NCBI GenBank assembly: GCA_965140585.1
Contig: OZ223270.1
Coordinates: forward strand, 384,001 to 448,000
Origin: Spirochaetia bacterium
GTDB taxonomy: Bacteria > Spirochaetota > Spirochaetia > UBA9216
Reading direction: 5' to 3'
DNA: 64,000 nucleotides
Part shown: in pieces, positions 19,087 to 27,935 of the stretch
Numbering within the stretch: position 1 is the first letter of the stretch
Layout: each line of letters begins with the position of its first letter
Position numbers and translations under genes: made by a program
The notes under the pieces: model-generated
Told to the model about the DNA's origin: nothing
Databases searched by the model: none
The model's input: the letters and a program-made list of their open reading frames with translations, nothing else

Positions 19087-19851
19087 ATGACTTTACGGCT
19101 ACGAAATACTTCCATGCTGCTTCTTTCTGTGCTGATCTCTCTTATGACAGTTGCTTTTATCCTTTTGTTTGCAAGAGGTGCTGGAAGGGCAGAATCTGTA
19201 AACCTTCTGGAGTTTATTTCAGTTCTGGCCACAATGGCATTCGCAACTGCTGCATGCTTTGTTATATTTGTATCGTTTAGAAATACCGCATCTGCTGAGA
19301 TTTTCTTTTTCTTCCTATTTCTGTGCAGTTTCTGCTTTGATATGTTCAAGGAAGGTTTGATTATAATCAACGATATCAGCCTGCCCTTTTCATACAGTAT
19401 GTTCATGACCAGAGTAGTCTATTTCGGAAGATTCTTCGGAGTTGTGGCGCTTTTCTGCAGCGGACTGTTTTCAACAGGATTGGAATACCAGAGAATGAGC
19501 ATGATGTTTCTAATCAGTGTGATAATTGCTCTGGGCCTTGTTTCTCTTCTGCCGGTTGACCTGTCAAAAAATATCCCCGGAGGAACAAAGGAGCTGGGAA
19601 GCTTCCTTGAAATTTATATTGTACTGATTCTTCTTCAGCTGATTTCAGTTATTAACTTCATAATTGCAAGCAATAAAAATGAAAATACCGACTACCTGTT
19701 TCTTGCAGGCAGTCTTATTCTTACCGTTACCGGAAGGGAACTTTTGTTTCTTCTGCCGGGGATAGTAGCCGCGTCAGCCGGATTTATTCTGCTCGCATCA
19801 GGAACAGTAATATTCGGACTTAAAACTCACAGAATTTATCTTTGGGAATAA
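19087..19851 (+). CDS. Hypothetical polytopic membrane protein (about 7 TM)
   Basis: Hydrophobic 254-aa ORF; perfect TATAAT 6 nt before the ATG. Confidence 0.7.
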   Translation: MTLRLRNTSMLLLSVLISLMTVAFILLFARGAGRAESVNLLEFISVLATMAFATAACFVIFVSFRNTASAEIFFFFLFLCSFCFDMFKEGLIIINDISLPFSYSMFMTRVVYFGRFFGVVALFCSGLFSTGLEYQRMSMMFLISVIIALGLVSLLPVDLSKNIPGGTKELGSFLEIYIVLILLQLISVINFIIASNKNENTDYLFLAGSLILTVTGRELLFLLPGIVAASAGFILLASGTVIFGLKTHRIYLWE

Positions 19852-19855
19852 TCTG

Positions 19856-20485
19856 CTAAAGAAGGAATGTGGCTGCCAGGCCGGTTCCGAGCGGAATCAT
19901 AAGGTTATCCAGATCCTTGATTGGAACAAGCTCCAGAACCGTTGAAATACCCGCTATAAGCAGAGATACATGAAAATCAGAAGTTATTACCAGTATCACC
20001 GCAAAAACAACGCTGAAGCACGACAAAGAGCCCTCAAGAGTCTTTCCGCGGAAGCCTGGCAGTTTTACGCGGCCGAAGGTCTTACCGCCTAGGCTGGCGG
20101 CACTGTCACCAAAAGCAAGTGTATAGATAGCAATTGAAGCTGCAGGAAGAGGAAAAAGAATAAGCGCAAGCATGGTACCGACAGCCATTGTGATCGGACC
20201 GCCGACAAATCCGTCCTTATCCCTGGTTCTTGCCGCACGCATCGTAATCCCGGAAATCAAAATAACCCTTTTACCCTTAATTCTCATATATTCCGACCAG
20301 CAGTAAACTACAACAACGGCAGCAAGCAGGATCTGGGTTATAAAAAGATTAATGCCGGCCAGCAGCGGTACAAATGCTGCAAAAAGGTGTATAACCTTCC
20401 TGAAAACTTCTGTCTTTAATTCTGATGATATATATTGCAGAATTCTTTTCCCTGTTATATTTTCGGTAAATCTGATGTTACTCAA
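19856..20485 (-). CDS. CTP-dependent polyprenol/phytol/diacylglycerol kinase family (SEC59/VTE5/DGK1)
   Basis: RKVIH, FGDSAASLGG, GKTLEGS, DLDNLMIP. Confidence 0.85.
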   Translation of the reverse strand: MSNIRFTENITGKRILQYISSELKTEVFRKVIHLFAAFVPLLAGINLFITQILLAAVVVVYCWSEYMRIKGKRVILISGITMRAARTRDKDGFVGGPITMAVGTMLALILFPLPAASIAIYTLAFGDSAASLGGKTFGRVKLPGFRGKTLEGSLSCFSVVFAVILVITSDFHVSLLIAGISTVLELVPIKDLDNLMIPLGTGLAATFLL

Positions 20486-20522
20486 TTCCGGTACTCCAGT
20501 ATATTACTTTCATTGATACTTT

Positions 20523-20538
20523 TGCAAATTCCATGCCA
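20523..20538 (-). promoter_or_regulatory. Sigma-54 (-24/-12) promoter
   Basis: Minus strand TGGCATGGAATTTGCA: GG-N10-GC matching TGGCAY-N5-TTGCW, 37 nt upstream of the kinase start. Confidence 0.75.
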
Positions 20539-20661
20539 TTGCTGTTAAGGATTTTACAAAAAATTATTTCCAGGCTATATAAGGATTTATCGGACATTAT
20601 AAAAATAAAAAAAAGAAAAGTTTTAAAAAGTATACTTTTTTATACAGTCAGCTGTAAAAAT

Positions 20662-20701
20662 AAAAAAGAGCCGGTCAAGACGAATGCTTAATCAGCTCTT
20701 T
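20662..20701 (-). terminator. Intrinsic terminator of the fur-nifX-mrp operon
   Basis: Minus-strand hairpin AAAGAGCUGAUUAAG...CUUGACCGGCUCUUU followed by a U-run, just after the mrp stop. Confidence 0.65.
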
Positions 20702-20712
20702 CATATACTCTA

Positions 20713-21525
20713 TTATTCTACAAACTTCACAATCCGGTCGATAATGCTGCTTAGCATCTTTACCGCTTCAGAGTCCGGATGAGCCTTAAACACATCAAGC
20801 CCCTTATCTTCAGCTTCCATCAGTTTCTGATCAATCGGAATTCCGCCAAGGAATTCGACCTCCATCTCACCGGCAGCTTTTTCGCCCCCACCCTTACCAA
20901 AAATATAGTGGGTTTTTCCGCAGTCCGGACAAACAAAACCGCACATATTCTCGATAAGACCGATTACCGGAACCTTTACCTGCTTTGAAAAATTTATACT
21001 CTTTCTGGAATCAAGCACAGCTACATCCTGAGGTGTAGTGACAATTATACTTCCATCTATTTCAGGTATAAGCTGACAGACAGAAAGGGGTTCATCACCT
21101 GTTCCCGGAGGAGAATCAATTATTAGAAAATCAAGGTCACCCCAGTTTACTTCAGCCAGGATCTGTTTAATAAATCCCATTTTCAGAGGACCCCGCCAAA
21201 CAATAGGCGCATCCTGATCATTTCCCGTCATCGCAAGGCTTACTGCCTTAAGATTTTCATTAACAATCGGCGCCTCAATTCCTGTATCAGTCTGATAGAG
21301 GAGTTCGCCCTCAATTCCGAGCATTTTCGCAATATTAGGTCCGTGAATATCAGTGTCAACAATACCGACTTTATAACCCTTTTCAGCAAGCCCTCGGGCA
21401 ATATTGACTGAAACCGTAGTCTTGCCTACACCGCCTTTTCCGCTCATGATTACAATTTTATGCTTAATTCTGGCCATTCTATCAGCCAGCTGTTTATCCT
21501 GCTGTATCTGTTCTTCAGTTTTCAT
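20713..21525 (-). CDS. Mrp/NBP35 (ApbC) Fe-S cluster carrier ATPase
   Basis: SGKGGVGKT, DIHGP, VWRGP, DSPPGTGD, ENM, CPDC. Confidence 0.93.
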   Translation of the reverse strand: MKTEEQIQQDKQLADRMARIKHKIVIMSGKGGVGKTTVSVNIARGLAEKGYKVGIVDTDIHGPNIAKMLGIEGELLYQTDTGIEAPIVNENLKAVSLAMTGNDQDAPIVWRGPLKMGFIKQILAEVNWGDLDFLIIDSPPGTGDEPLSVCQLIPEIDGSIIVTTPQDVAVLDSRKSINFSKQVKVPVIGLIENMCGFVCPDCGKTHYIFGKGGGEKAAGEMEVEFLGGIPIDQKLMEAEDKGLDVFKAHPDSEAVKMLSSIIDRIVKFVE

Positions 21526-21536
21526 TTTTTCACCTA

Positions 21537-21905
21537 TTAATGATGATGTCCGCAGTCATCACCGCCGTGATCGTGGTTATGATCACAGCCAACAGCACCG
21601 CCGGTGAGAGTCCCTGTTCTGAAAGATTCAAGAACCGTGTTCACATCCCCGGAAACACTTCCTATAACATCAATGCCGTTTCGCTGCATATTGGCAACAG
21701 CTCCTGCGCCTATGCCTCCGACAATCAGAACTTTTACACCATTATCTACCATCATCTGTGGAAGAGTCTGGCAATGTCCGCCCGGATTAGCCTTATACTC
21801 TACATCAGCTACGCCGTTTTCATTCACCTGAGCAAAAGTAAAACCGGGGGCCTGTCCGAAATGCCCTGATACCTGTCCGTCAGCTGTTGCTACCGCTACC
21901 TTCAT
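21537..21905 (-). CDS. NifB/NifX-like (Nitro_FeMo-Co) protein with His/Cys-rich tail
   Basis: MKVAVA, VSGHFGQAP, GGIGAGA, CDHNHDHGGDDCGHHH; start ATG 21905 with SD. Confidence 0.85.
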   Translation of the reverse strand: MKVAVATADGQVSGHFGQAPGFTFAQVNENGVADVEYKANPGGHCQTLPQMMVDNGVKVLIVGGIGAGAVANMQRNGIDVIGSVSGDVNTVLESFRTGTLTGGAVGCDHNHDHGGDDCGHHH

Positions 21906-22377
21906 TTCCTGTCTCCTTTCTGCAGTTCGGACAAACTCCATAGAACTGCACTATATGTCTTTTTATTTCAAATCCGTGTTTTTTCGAAAGTACGGATTCA
22001 ACTTTCCTGTATAGATCTATTTCATCTTCGATAAAATCTGAGTACTTTACGACCCTGAAACATTTCTCGCAAACCAGCTGATGATGATGCGCTGCGCTCT
22101 GGTCATCTGCCAGAATATATCTGGCCCGACTCTCTCCGAAATTATATCTGGTGACAAGACCCATTTCATCCAGAAGAATCAGCGTCCTGTAAACTGTCGC
22201 AATACCCGTTGCAGGAGAATCTTCTCTTATCTTTGAGAAAATTTCTTCAGCACTCATATAACCGTCCGCCTGCTCAAGAACTTCAATTACCAGCTGTCTG
22301 GGAATTGTCATCCTGAGACCCCGGTCCTTAATACCGCCCTCAAAATTCATACAACAGGGTTTCTTTCTGTTTTGCAT
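21880..22377 (-). CDS. Fur family transcriptional regulator
   Basis: GLRMTIPR, IATVYRTL, HHHQLVCEKC, YGVCPNC. Confidence 0.92.
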   Translation of the reverse strand: MQNRKKPCCMNFEGGIKDRGLRMTIPRQLVIEVLEQADGYMSAEEIFSKIREDSPATGIATVYRTLILLDEMGLVTRYNFGESRARYILADDQSAAHHHQLVCEKCFRVVKYSDFIEDEIDLYRKVESVLSKKHGFEIKRHIVQFYGVCPNCRKETGNEGSGSNS

Positions 22378-22397
22378 CAGTTTCTATCCGAATGTTT

Positions 22398-22416
22398 GAT
22401 ATTGAGAATCATTATC
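22398..22416. promoter_or_regulatory. Fur box
   Basis: GATATTGAGAATCATTATC, 17/19 match to GATAATGATAATCATTATC, overlapping the predicted TSS of fur. Confidence 0.85.
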
Positions 22417-22420
22417 AATA

Positions 22421-22449
22421 AATGTATAAAAAAAAGCGGACTGCGTCAA
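22421..22449 (-). promoter_or_regulatory. Sigma-70 promoter of the fur operon
   Basis: Minus strand TTGACG-17-TACATT. Confidence 0.7.
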
Positions 22450-22450
22450 G

Positions 22451-22837
22451 CTAGTTAAGACTGGCTCCGAAAAGAGTTTTTACAGAACTTTGAAGTGTAT
22501 TTCTTGAAAACGGCTTAATAAGCCAGGAGGCGGAAAGAAGTAGTTCTATAGAATTAAGCTGAATTTTTTCAATTTCCAGTTTTCTGCTTTCAGAAGCGAG
22601 GAAAAGAAATCTAATCTCTTTCCCTTCATAACCTCTGAGACCCTCCAGAACCTCTGTCCAAAGGGCCGATTTAATATCCATATCCACAATTAAAAGCTTA
22701 ACTTTAGTTCTCTGAAGATACTTCTCAATCTCAGTGATAGAATCACTGCTCATAATTTCCCATGTATCTTCAAGGGCAAATCTGATATCGCTAATCAAAG
22801 CTTCTGAATCAGAAAGCAGAACCAATTCAAACCTCAC
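22451..22837 (-). CDS. Single-domain receiver (CheY-like), atypical
   Basis: LLIVDMD, FLFLAS, LIKPF; acidic pocket degenerate (LLSDS). Confidence 0.65.
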   Translation of the reverse strand: MRFELVLLSDSEALISDIRFALEDTWEIMSSDSITEIEKYLQRTKVKLLIVDMDIKSALWTEVLEGLRGYEGKEIRFLFLASESRKLEIEKIQLNSIELLLSASWLIKPFSRNTLQSSVKTLFGASLN

Positions 22838-22839
22838 AA

Positions 22840-23814
22840 TTACATAACACTCTTCAGTTCCTGAATTTCCGAGAATTCTCTCAATTTCAGGATGGCTTTA
22901 TTCTGTATCTGTCTGACCCGCTCTCTGGTAATTGAAAATAGTTTTCCAATATCTTCCAGTGTCAGCGGTGCTTTTCCGTTAAGACCGAACCGAAGTTTTA
23001 TTATTTCCCTTTCCCTCTCAGTCAGCTCATTAAGTGAATACTGAAGTATTTCCTTTACATTTATCCTGAAAAAATCTTCAAAAGGACCAATGTAATCTTC
23101 GCCAGAAATAAGCTCTGCCAGATTTGTACTGTTGTCATCATCTACTGTTGTATCCAGAGACGCTGTATCACCGGTACTGTTAAGAATGCTTTCTACCTTT
23201 TCTTCAGAAATATTAAGATAGTTTGCAATCTCAGAAGCTTTGGGATCTCTTCCAAGGTCCTGTGTCAGTTCTCTTGATGCTGAATAGAATTTTCTGGCGG
23301 AGTTAAGCACATGAACGGGTATTCGTATTGTACGGCCTTTGTCAGCTATCGATTTGATAATCGACTGTTGTATCCACCAGGTCCCGTAAGTTGAAAACTT
23401 ACAGCCCTTCCGGTAATCAAAACGCTCAACCGCTTCTATAAGTCCGATATTGCCTTCGTTTATCAGATCGATAAGGTTAAGGCCCCTATGCTGATATTTT
23501 TTGGCGATAGAAACGACAAGCCTGAGATTACTTGTAATCAGATGATTTCTGTGGACTTCTGATTCCGCCTCCAGAAACGATCTTGCCTTGTCATATTCCT
23601 CACGACTAATTTCAGCGTACTGCAGTTTTTCATCAAGCTCCTGCAGACCTTTCTTTGTCTCGCTGATATTATACGCAAGATCCAACTCATCATTCCGGGA
23701 CAGTAACGGATAAACCGAAATCTGCTTCAGATATGAAGACAGGGCATCTTTTTCTACCGATTCCTGCTCCCTTTCACTTTCACTGTCTATGTACCATACC
23801 TCATTCATGCTCAC
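22840..23814 (-). CDS. Alternative sigma-70 factor lacking region 1.1 (group 2/RpoS-like)
   Basis: Region 1.2 DALSSYLKQI, NLRLVVSIAKKY, KFSTYGTWWI, TIRIPVH, region 4 TRERVRQI. Confidence 0.9.
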   Translation of the reverse strand: MSMNEVWYIDSESEREQESVEKDALSSYLKQISVYPLLSRNDELDLAYNISETKKGLQELDEKLQYAEISREEYDKARSFLEAESEVHRNHLITSNLRLVVSIAKKYQHRGLNLIDLINEGNIGLIEAVERFDYRKGCKFSTYGTWWIQQSIIKSIADKGRTIRIPVHVLNSARKFYSASRELTQDLGRDPKASEIANYLNISEEKVESILNSTGDTASLDTTVDDDNSTNLAELISGEDYIGPFEDFFRINVKEILQYSLNELTEREREIIKLRFGLNGKAPLTLEDIGKLFSITRERVRQIQNKAILKLREFSEIQELKSVM

Positions 23815-23884
23815 ATAATTACACGGCTAAGACCATAAAAAAATCAGGTTAGTTTGAGATATGACATAAGAACCCGCCCCATTC

Positions 23885-23907
23885 GCTATAGGGGTTTCCC
23901 CTATAGC
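23885..23907. repeat. Perfect inverted repeat (10-bp arms) upstream of the sigma gene; TF site or terminator
   Basis: GCTATAGGGG-TTT-CCCCTATAGC. Confidence 0.7.
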
Positions 23908-23962
23908 TGATACAGGTATTTGAATATCCTGTAAAGTTTTTGGAGTTTTGAAATTGCCTTAT

Positions 23963-24967
23963 TTATTTAATCTTTTTTCTTTTCTTTCTAAGGCTTTCAG
24001 ATTTGACAGGTGCTTCTGTGTTTTCAGCCTCTTTCAGGACCTGTTTTTTTCTGACATGATACAGAATTACACCGGTTAAAATCATAAACAGACAGAGGAT
24101 CTGTCCTGTAGTAAAGTTTAGAAATGAGTTAAACAAGGCAGGATCCTCCGGGGCTGCTCCAAAATTAAGCGGAAAACCCATATCTGAATCCGGTTCTCTG
24201 AAGTATTCAATAAAAAAGCGGACTATACCGTAGCCGATGAGATAGAAACTAAGCATTGCCCCGTCGAATTTCTTTCTGTTTTTTAGAACAAACCACAACA
24301 CAAGCCACAAAATAATACCTTCAAAGGCGGCCTCATATAGCTGTGAGGGGTGGCGGGGCAGATTAACCAGTCCGGATTCCGGCAGTTTCATACCTACCTC
24401 GGCGGCAACTCTCTGAACCCAGTCAAGTTTGACTGAGAATCTTCCGGCATGAGGAAAAACAATTCCCCATGATTTTGTTGTAACCCGGCCCCAGAGTTCT
24501 CCATTGATAAAGTTTCCAAGCCGGCCGAATGTATAACCCAGCGGAATGCCGGGAGCAGTAAAATCTGCCATCTTGAACCAGCTGATTTTTTTTATCCGGC
24601 AGAAAATAAGCGTACCGACAATCGCTCCGAAAACCCCGCCGTGGTAACTCATTCCCTGCAGTCCGGTAAACTGTCCGTTTCTGAAGGGTACAAATATCAT
24701 CCAGGGGTGGGTGATATAATAGTGTTCTGGGTCATAAATTGTTGTAGCAAAGATCCTCGCACCAATAAGAAGTCCAAGGATACCCCAGAAAAAATAATTA
24801 ACTATATCATCCTCTTTGAGGTTCGGTTTTTCATCTTTTATCTGTTTCTGCATCAGGAACCAGGCAATTCCAAACGCTATGAGATACATAAGGCTGTACC
24901 AGCGGATAGGAAACCCGGGGATTATTTCTGGCTTTATCCATGATGGAAAGTTTATAAATGCAAGCAT
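23963..24967 (-). CDS. lgt: Prolipoprotein diacylglyceryl transferase
   Basis: IRWYSLMY, GMSYHGG, GRLGNFINGELWGR, RHPSQLYE, IEYFREPD. Confidence 0.96.
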   Translation of the reverse strand: MLAFINFPSWIKPEIIPGFPIRWYSLMYLIAFGIAWFLMQKQIKDEKPNLKEDDIVNYFFWGILGLLIGARIFATTIYDPEHYYITHPWMIFVPFRNGQFTGLQGMSYHGGVFGAIVGTLIFCRIKKISWFKMADFTAPGIPLGYTFGRLGNFINGELWGRVTTKSWGIVFPHAGRFSVKLDWVQRVAAEVGMKLPESGLVNLPRHPSQLYEAAFEGIILWLVLWFVLKNRKKFDGAMLSFYLIGYGIVRFFIEYFREPDSDMGFPLNFGAAPEDPALFNSFLNFTTGQILCLFMILTGVILYHVRKKQVLKEAENTEAPVKSESLRKKRKKIK

Positions 24968-27933
24968 TATTTCTCCTTCTGCTTATCTTCCTGCTGATTA
25001 TAGGGAATTTTTTCGAGAAATCCGCTTTCTTCGTTGAAGATAATTTTTACTGATTTCTCTTTCTTTATTATATCAAGGGTTCTTCCGTGACTTTCAAATA
25101 CAACTCCGGGAAAAACCTCTCCCCGTATGATTATTTCTGATGGAAAATGCTGCTCGAACCGTTCCTTCAGTGTGAAGATACGGACCCCTCGTTTTTCCAT
25201 GATTTTCATTAATTTTACCTTCTCCTGCCTCAGCTTGTTCAACCCCTGAGAATCCTTTTCCTTCTCACAATTTCTCATCTCGGGATCAAGCTTAACAAGA
25301 CGGTTTTTTATTTTTGTTATTTCTTTCTCTTCTATCTCAATCTGATCGGCAATCAGATAATCCTGACCGAAAGAAATCTCGGTTCTTGTACCGGAAAGAG
25401 AGCCTATATTTGCAGCTTCAATCCCCTTCCTTGCCTGAATTTTTCCGCCTACCAGGTATCCTTTCTCAGTCATAAGTCTTAGTTTTCCATTGCATTTTAC
25501 CTTGCATCCGAAAACCGCATTCTTTACGATGATGTCTTCGACAGCCAGAAGCGTGGCTCTTTCAGCGAATGAAACTCTAATGGAATCTTTTGCCCGCAGC
25601 AGGGCCTTGCCGCCGCCCTTGATACCCTGATTGACTGTTATGGTTTTCTCAGACGAAAGCAGAGACATCTCCGAGTTCATTCCAATGTTTACATCACCGC
25701 CGGCCATAATGTAGAAACCGTTTTTTACGGTTCCTTTAACCTGAACATCTCCGCTGAATTTGATGTTGCCCACGCTGAAATCTACATCACCCTTAACGAA
25801 AAATCCCTCCTGGATCTCTATTTTATTATTTTCATAGATCAGCCTACCGGCCTTTTCAGCCATCAGGAAGGTATTGCCCTCTTCATCTTTTTCTTCAATG
25901 ACGTTTGAACCGATTTCAACATTCAGCGGAGTCAGCTGTTTTGCAGGTAAAGTATTTCCAAGAACATCCCAGCCGTCCTCAGATTCCCCCTGAAGGACCT
26001 GAATCTCAGCCAGGATCTCACCCTTTTTAACATTAGTAATCCGGTTCTGGCTGCGGTAGTTCGCCTTCCCTTTTTCGTCGATGGAGACCTTGTTTCCATC
26101 AGCCATTTCAGCCAGAAACTTAAGTTTGTATTCTCCGGCATTCTTCGGAGCTTTTCCCATCGCAAACAGAGCTCCACCAACAGGCTCGCCGGTCCTGGCT
26201 TTTTCAACAGCACTCTTTACAAGATCAATATTTATTCCCGATTTAAGCCCGGCCTCGGCAATCTGCCTGTTAACCTCTTCAAGTGACGGGGGAATTCCGG
26301 TTCCGGCAGCAGGCTCAATAGAAAGGGTTGCAGTCATCTTGTCAGCAGCAACCTTTACTTCAATTTTTGCATCACGGTGTCCCCGGACACGGAGTATCGT
26401 TTTTCCTTCTGAATTGAAACATTCAAGAAGTCCGTCAATTTCAGAGATATACATACCCTTTTCAAAACGAACATTCTCAAGTGATTCAATTACAGCACCC
26501 TTTACAGAGGTCTCAATTTCATCTCCGAATACATCGGCACCCTTTTTCCCTGATGTTGAAAGAACAGAGGCAAGGTTCTGATCCTTTTTTACATTGGCTG
26601 CACCGCTGATATCTTTCGGATGGTAATCCGCGGCTGATGGAATATCCCTGAACGCGGCGGCATCCATTCCTCCGGCACGCTTTTTTATATCATCAACTGC
26701 GGCATCAGAAAGCAGTTTAAGCTCATATTCTACCGAACCGCCCTCTCCTTCCTCAGGCGGCGTTCCCTCACATAAAATGAAGCGGATGTCTTTTTCGGCA
26801 CTTTTTTGAAAATCAAGAATCACTTCCTGAATTTTTTTAAGGTCCATTCCCTTCAGGCCACTGTTCTTAATTGTACTTCCAACTTCTTTCAGAACCAGAG
26901 GCTTGCCGGCACCTCGGCCCTTATGCATCACCATTTCGGCAACGAGCTTATCATCCGAGACTTCAATACTGAAATAACCGTCATCATCACTGCTAATAAT
27001 GACATTCTTCAGAACTTTTCCGGCTACAGCGGCAGTGGATATAATCTGGCTGATCTTTTCAGTACCGACCAGGTCAGGTTCAGGACATCCCAGCATTTCC
27101 GCCCTTTTAATAATTTCAGCAGGGTCTGGAAGACTGACTTCCTCTCCTCCTGGATTGAAATTAAGAAGACAGGTGTTTTTATCTTTTGAAAGTTCCAGAT
27201 TCCAGTCATGGCTTTTAAAAGGTATAACCTCAATCCAGTTCCATCCCCGGCGGACAATACCCGTTTCTGTCGCGATAATTGAACTGCCCTTCTTCTCGGT
27301 ATTGGTTCCCAGCCAGAACTCATCTTCCTGAGATAGAGGCACAATAGGCTTTCCGTATACATCTTTACCGGGTTTACCGGGTTTTGCCGCTATTATATCT
27401 GCAAGTTTATCTTCTTTTTCAGCCCAGCCGGCCGAGATTACATCAGGAATCACATTAACCCTGACTTTTTTCTCTTTTTTAACGACATCCTTTACAGTCT
27501 CGGTTTTCTCTTTTCCAAAAGGAAGAAGCCCTTTTTTCTTAACAGTTTTTTCTACTGAAACCTTTTCTGTTTCAATATTCCAGATTTCAGGCGCTGCGGC
27601 ATTTTTTAAAAACCGCTCAACGTCATCTTCCAGGCCTTCGGGGATTTTCAGCTCAACCCACTCCCGTTCTTCGGGAACGGGAAGCTCGGCATGATCACCC
27701 TCAGCTATGGTAATACTGATCTCATCCTTAGATTCGAGTAGCTTTTCAATTTTCTGTTCAAGTTCTTTTCTGTCAAAACCGTATGTGATTTTGTTTTCTG
27801 CGATCAGCCTGTTAAGGCCCTGTGCATCTATCTCTGTCCCGTTTTCATCCGGAACAAAATGAAGCACGGCAAGCAGAGCTTCATCATCTGTCTCAATGCT
27901 GATTCTGCCAAGAAGTTTTTGTTCGCCCGCCAT
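24967..27933 (-). CDS. FapA/DUF342 flagellar assembly protein (long spirochaete form)
   Basis: Repeated DUF342 N-terminal modules (GKDVYG, GADVFG, GWDVLG), GDVDFSVGNIKF beta-solenoid, coiled coil. Confidence 0.85.
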   Translation of the reverse strand: MAGEQKLLGRISIETDDEALLAVLHFVPDENGTEIDAQGLNRLIAENKITYGFDRKELEQKIEKLLESKDEISITIAEGDHAELPVPEEREWVELKIPEGLEDDVERFLKNAAAPEIWNIETEKVSVEKTVKKKGLLPFGKEKTETVKDVVKKEKKVRVNVIPDVISAGWAEKEDKLADIIAAKPGKPGKDVYGKPIVPLSQEDEFWLGTNTEKKGSSIIATETGIVRRGWNWIEVIPFKSHDWNLELSKDKNTCLLNFNPGGEEVSLPDPAEIIKRAEMLGCPEPDLVGTEKISQIISTAAVAGKVLKNVIISSDDDGYFSIEVSDDKLVAEMVMHKGRGAGKPLVLKEVGSTIKNSGLKGMDLKKIQEVILDFQKSAEKDIRFILCEGTPPEEGEGGSVEYELKLLSDAAVDDIKKRAGGMDAAAFRDIPSAADYHPKDISGAANVKKDQNLASVLSTSGKKGADVFGDEIETSVKGAVIESLENVRFEKGMYISEIDGLLECFNSEGKTILRVRGHRDAKIEVKVAADKMTATLSIEPAAGTGIPPSLEEVNRQIAEAGLKSGINIDLVKSAVEKARTGEPVGGALFAMGKAPKNAGEYKLKFLAEMADGNKVSIDEKGKANYRSQNRITNVKKGEILAEIQVLQGESEDGWDVLGNTLPAKQLTPLNVEIGSNVIEEKDEEGNTFLMAEKAGRLIYENNKIEIQEGFFVKGDVDFSVGNIKFSGDVQVKGTVKNGFYIMAGGDVNIGMNSEMSLLSSEKTITVNQGIKGGGKALLRAKDSIRVSFAERATLLAVEDIIVKNAVFGCKVKCNGKLRLMTEKGYLVGGKIQARKGIEAANIGSLSGTRTEISFGQDYLIADQIEIEEKEITKIKNRLVKLDPEMRNCEKEKDSQGLNKLRQEKVKLMKIMEKRGVRIFTLKERFEQHFPSEIIIRGEVFPGVVFESHGRTLDIIKKEKSVKIIFNEESGFLEKIPYNQQEDKQKEK

Positions 27934-27935
27934 AC

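Noticed and set aside
21537-21905. NifX-like gene as evidence for nitrogen fixation
   Set aside because: No nifHDK here; this family commonly accompanies Mrp ATPases in non-diazotrophs.
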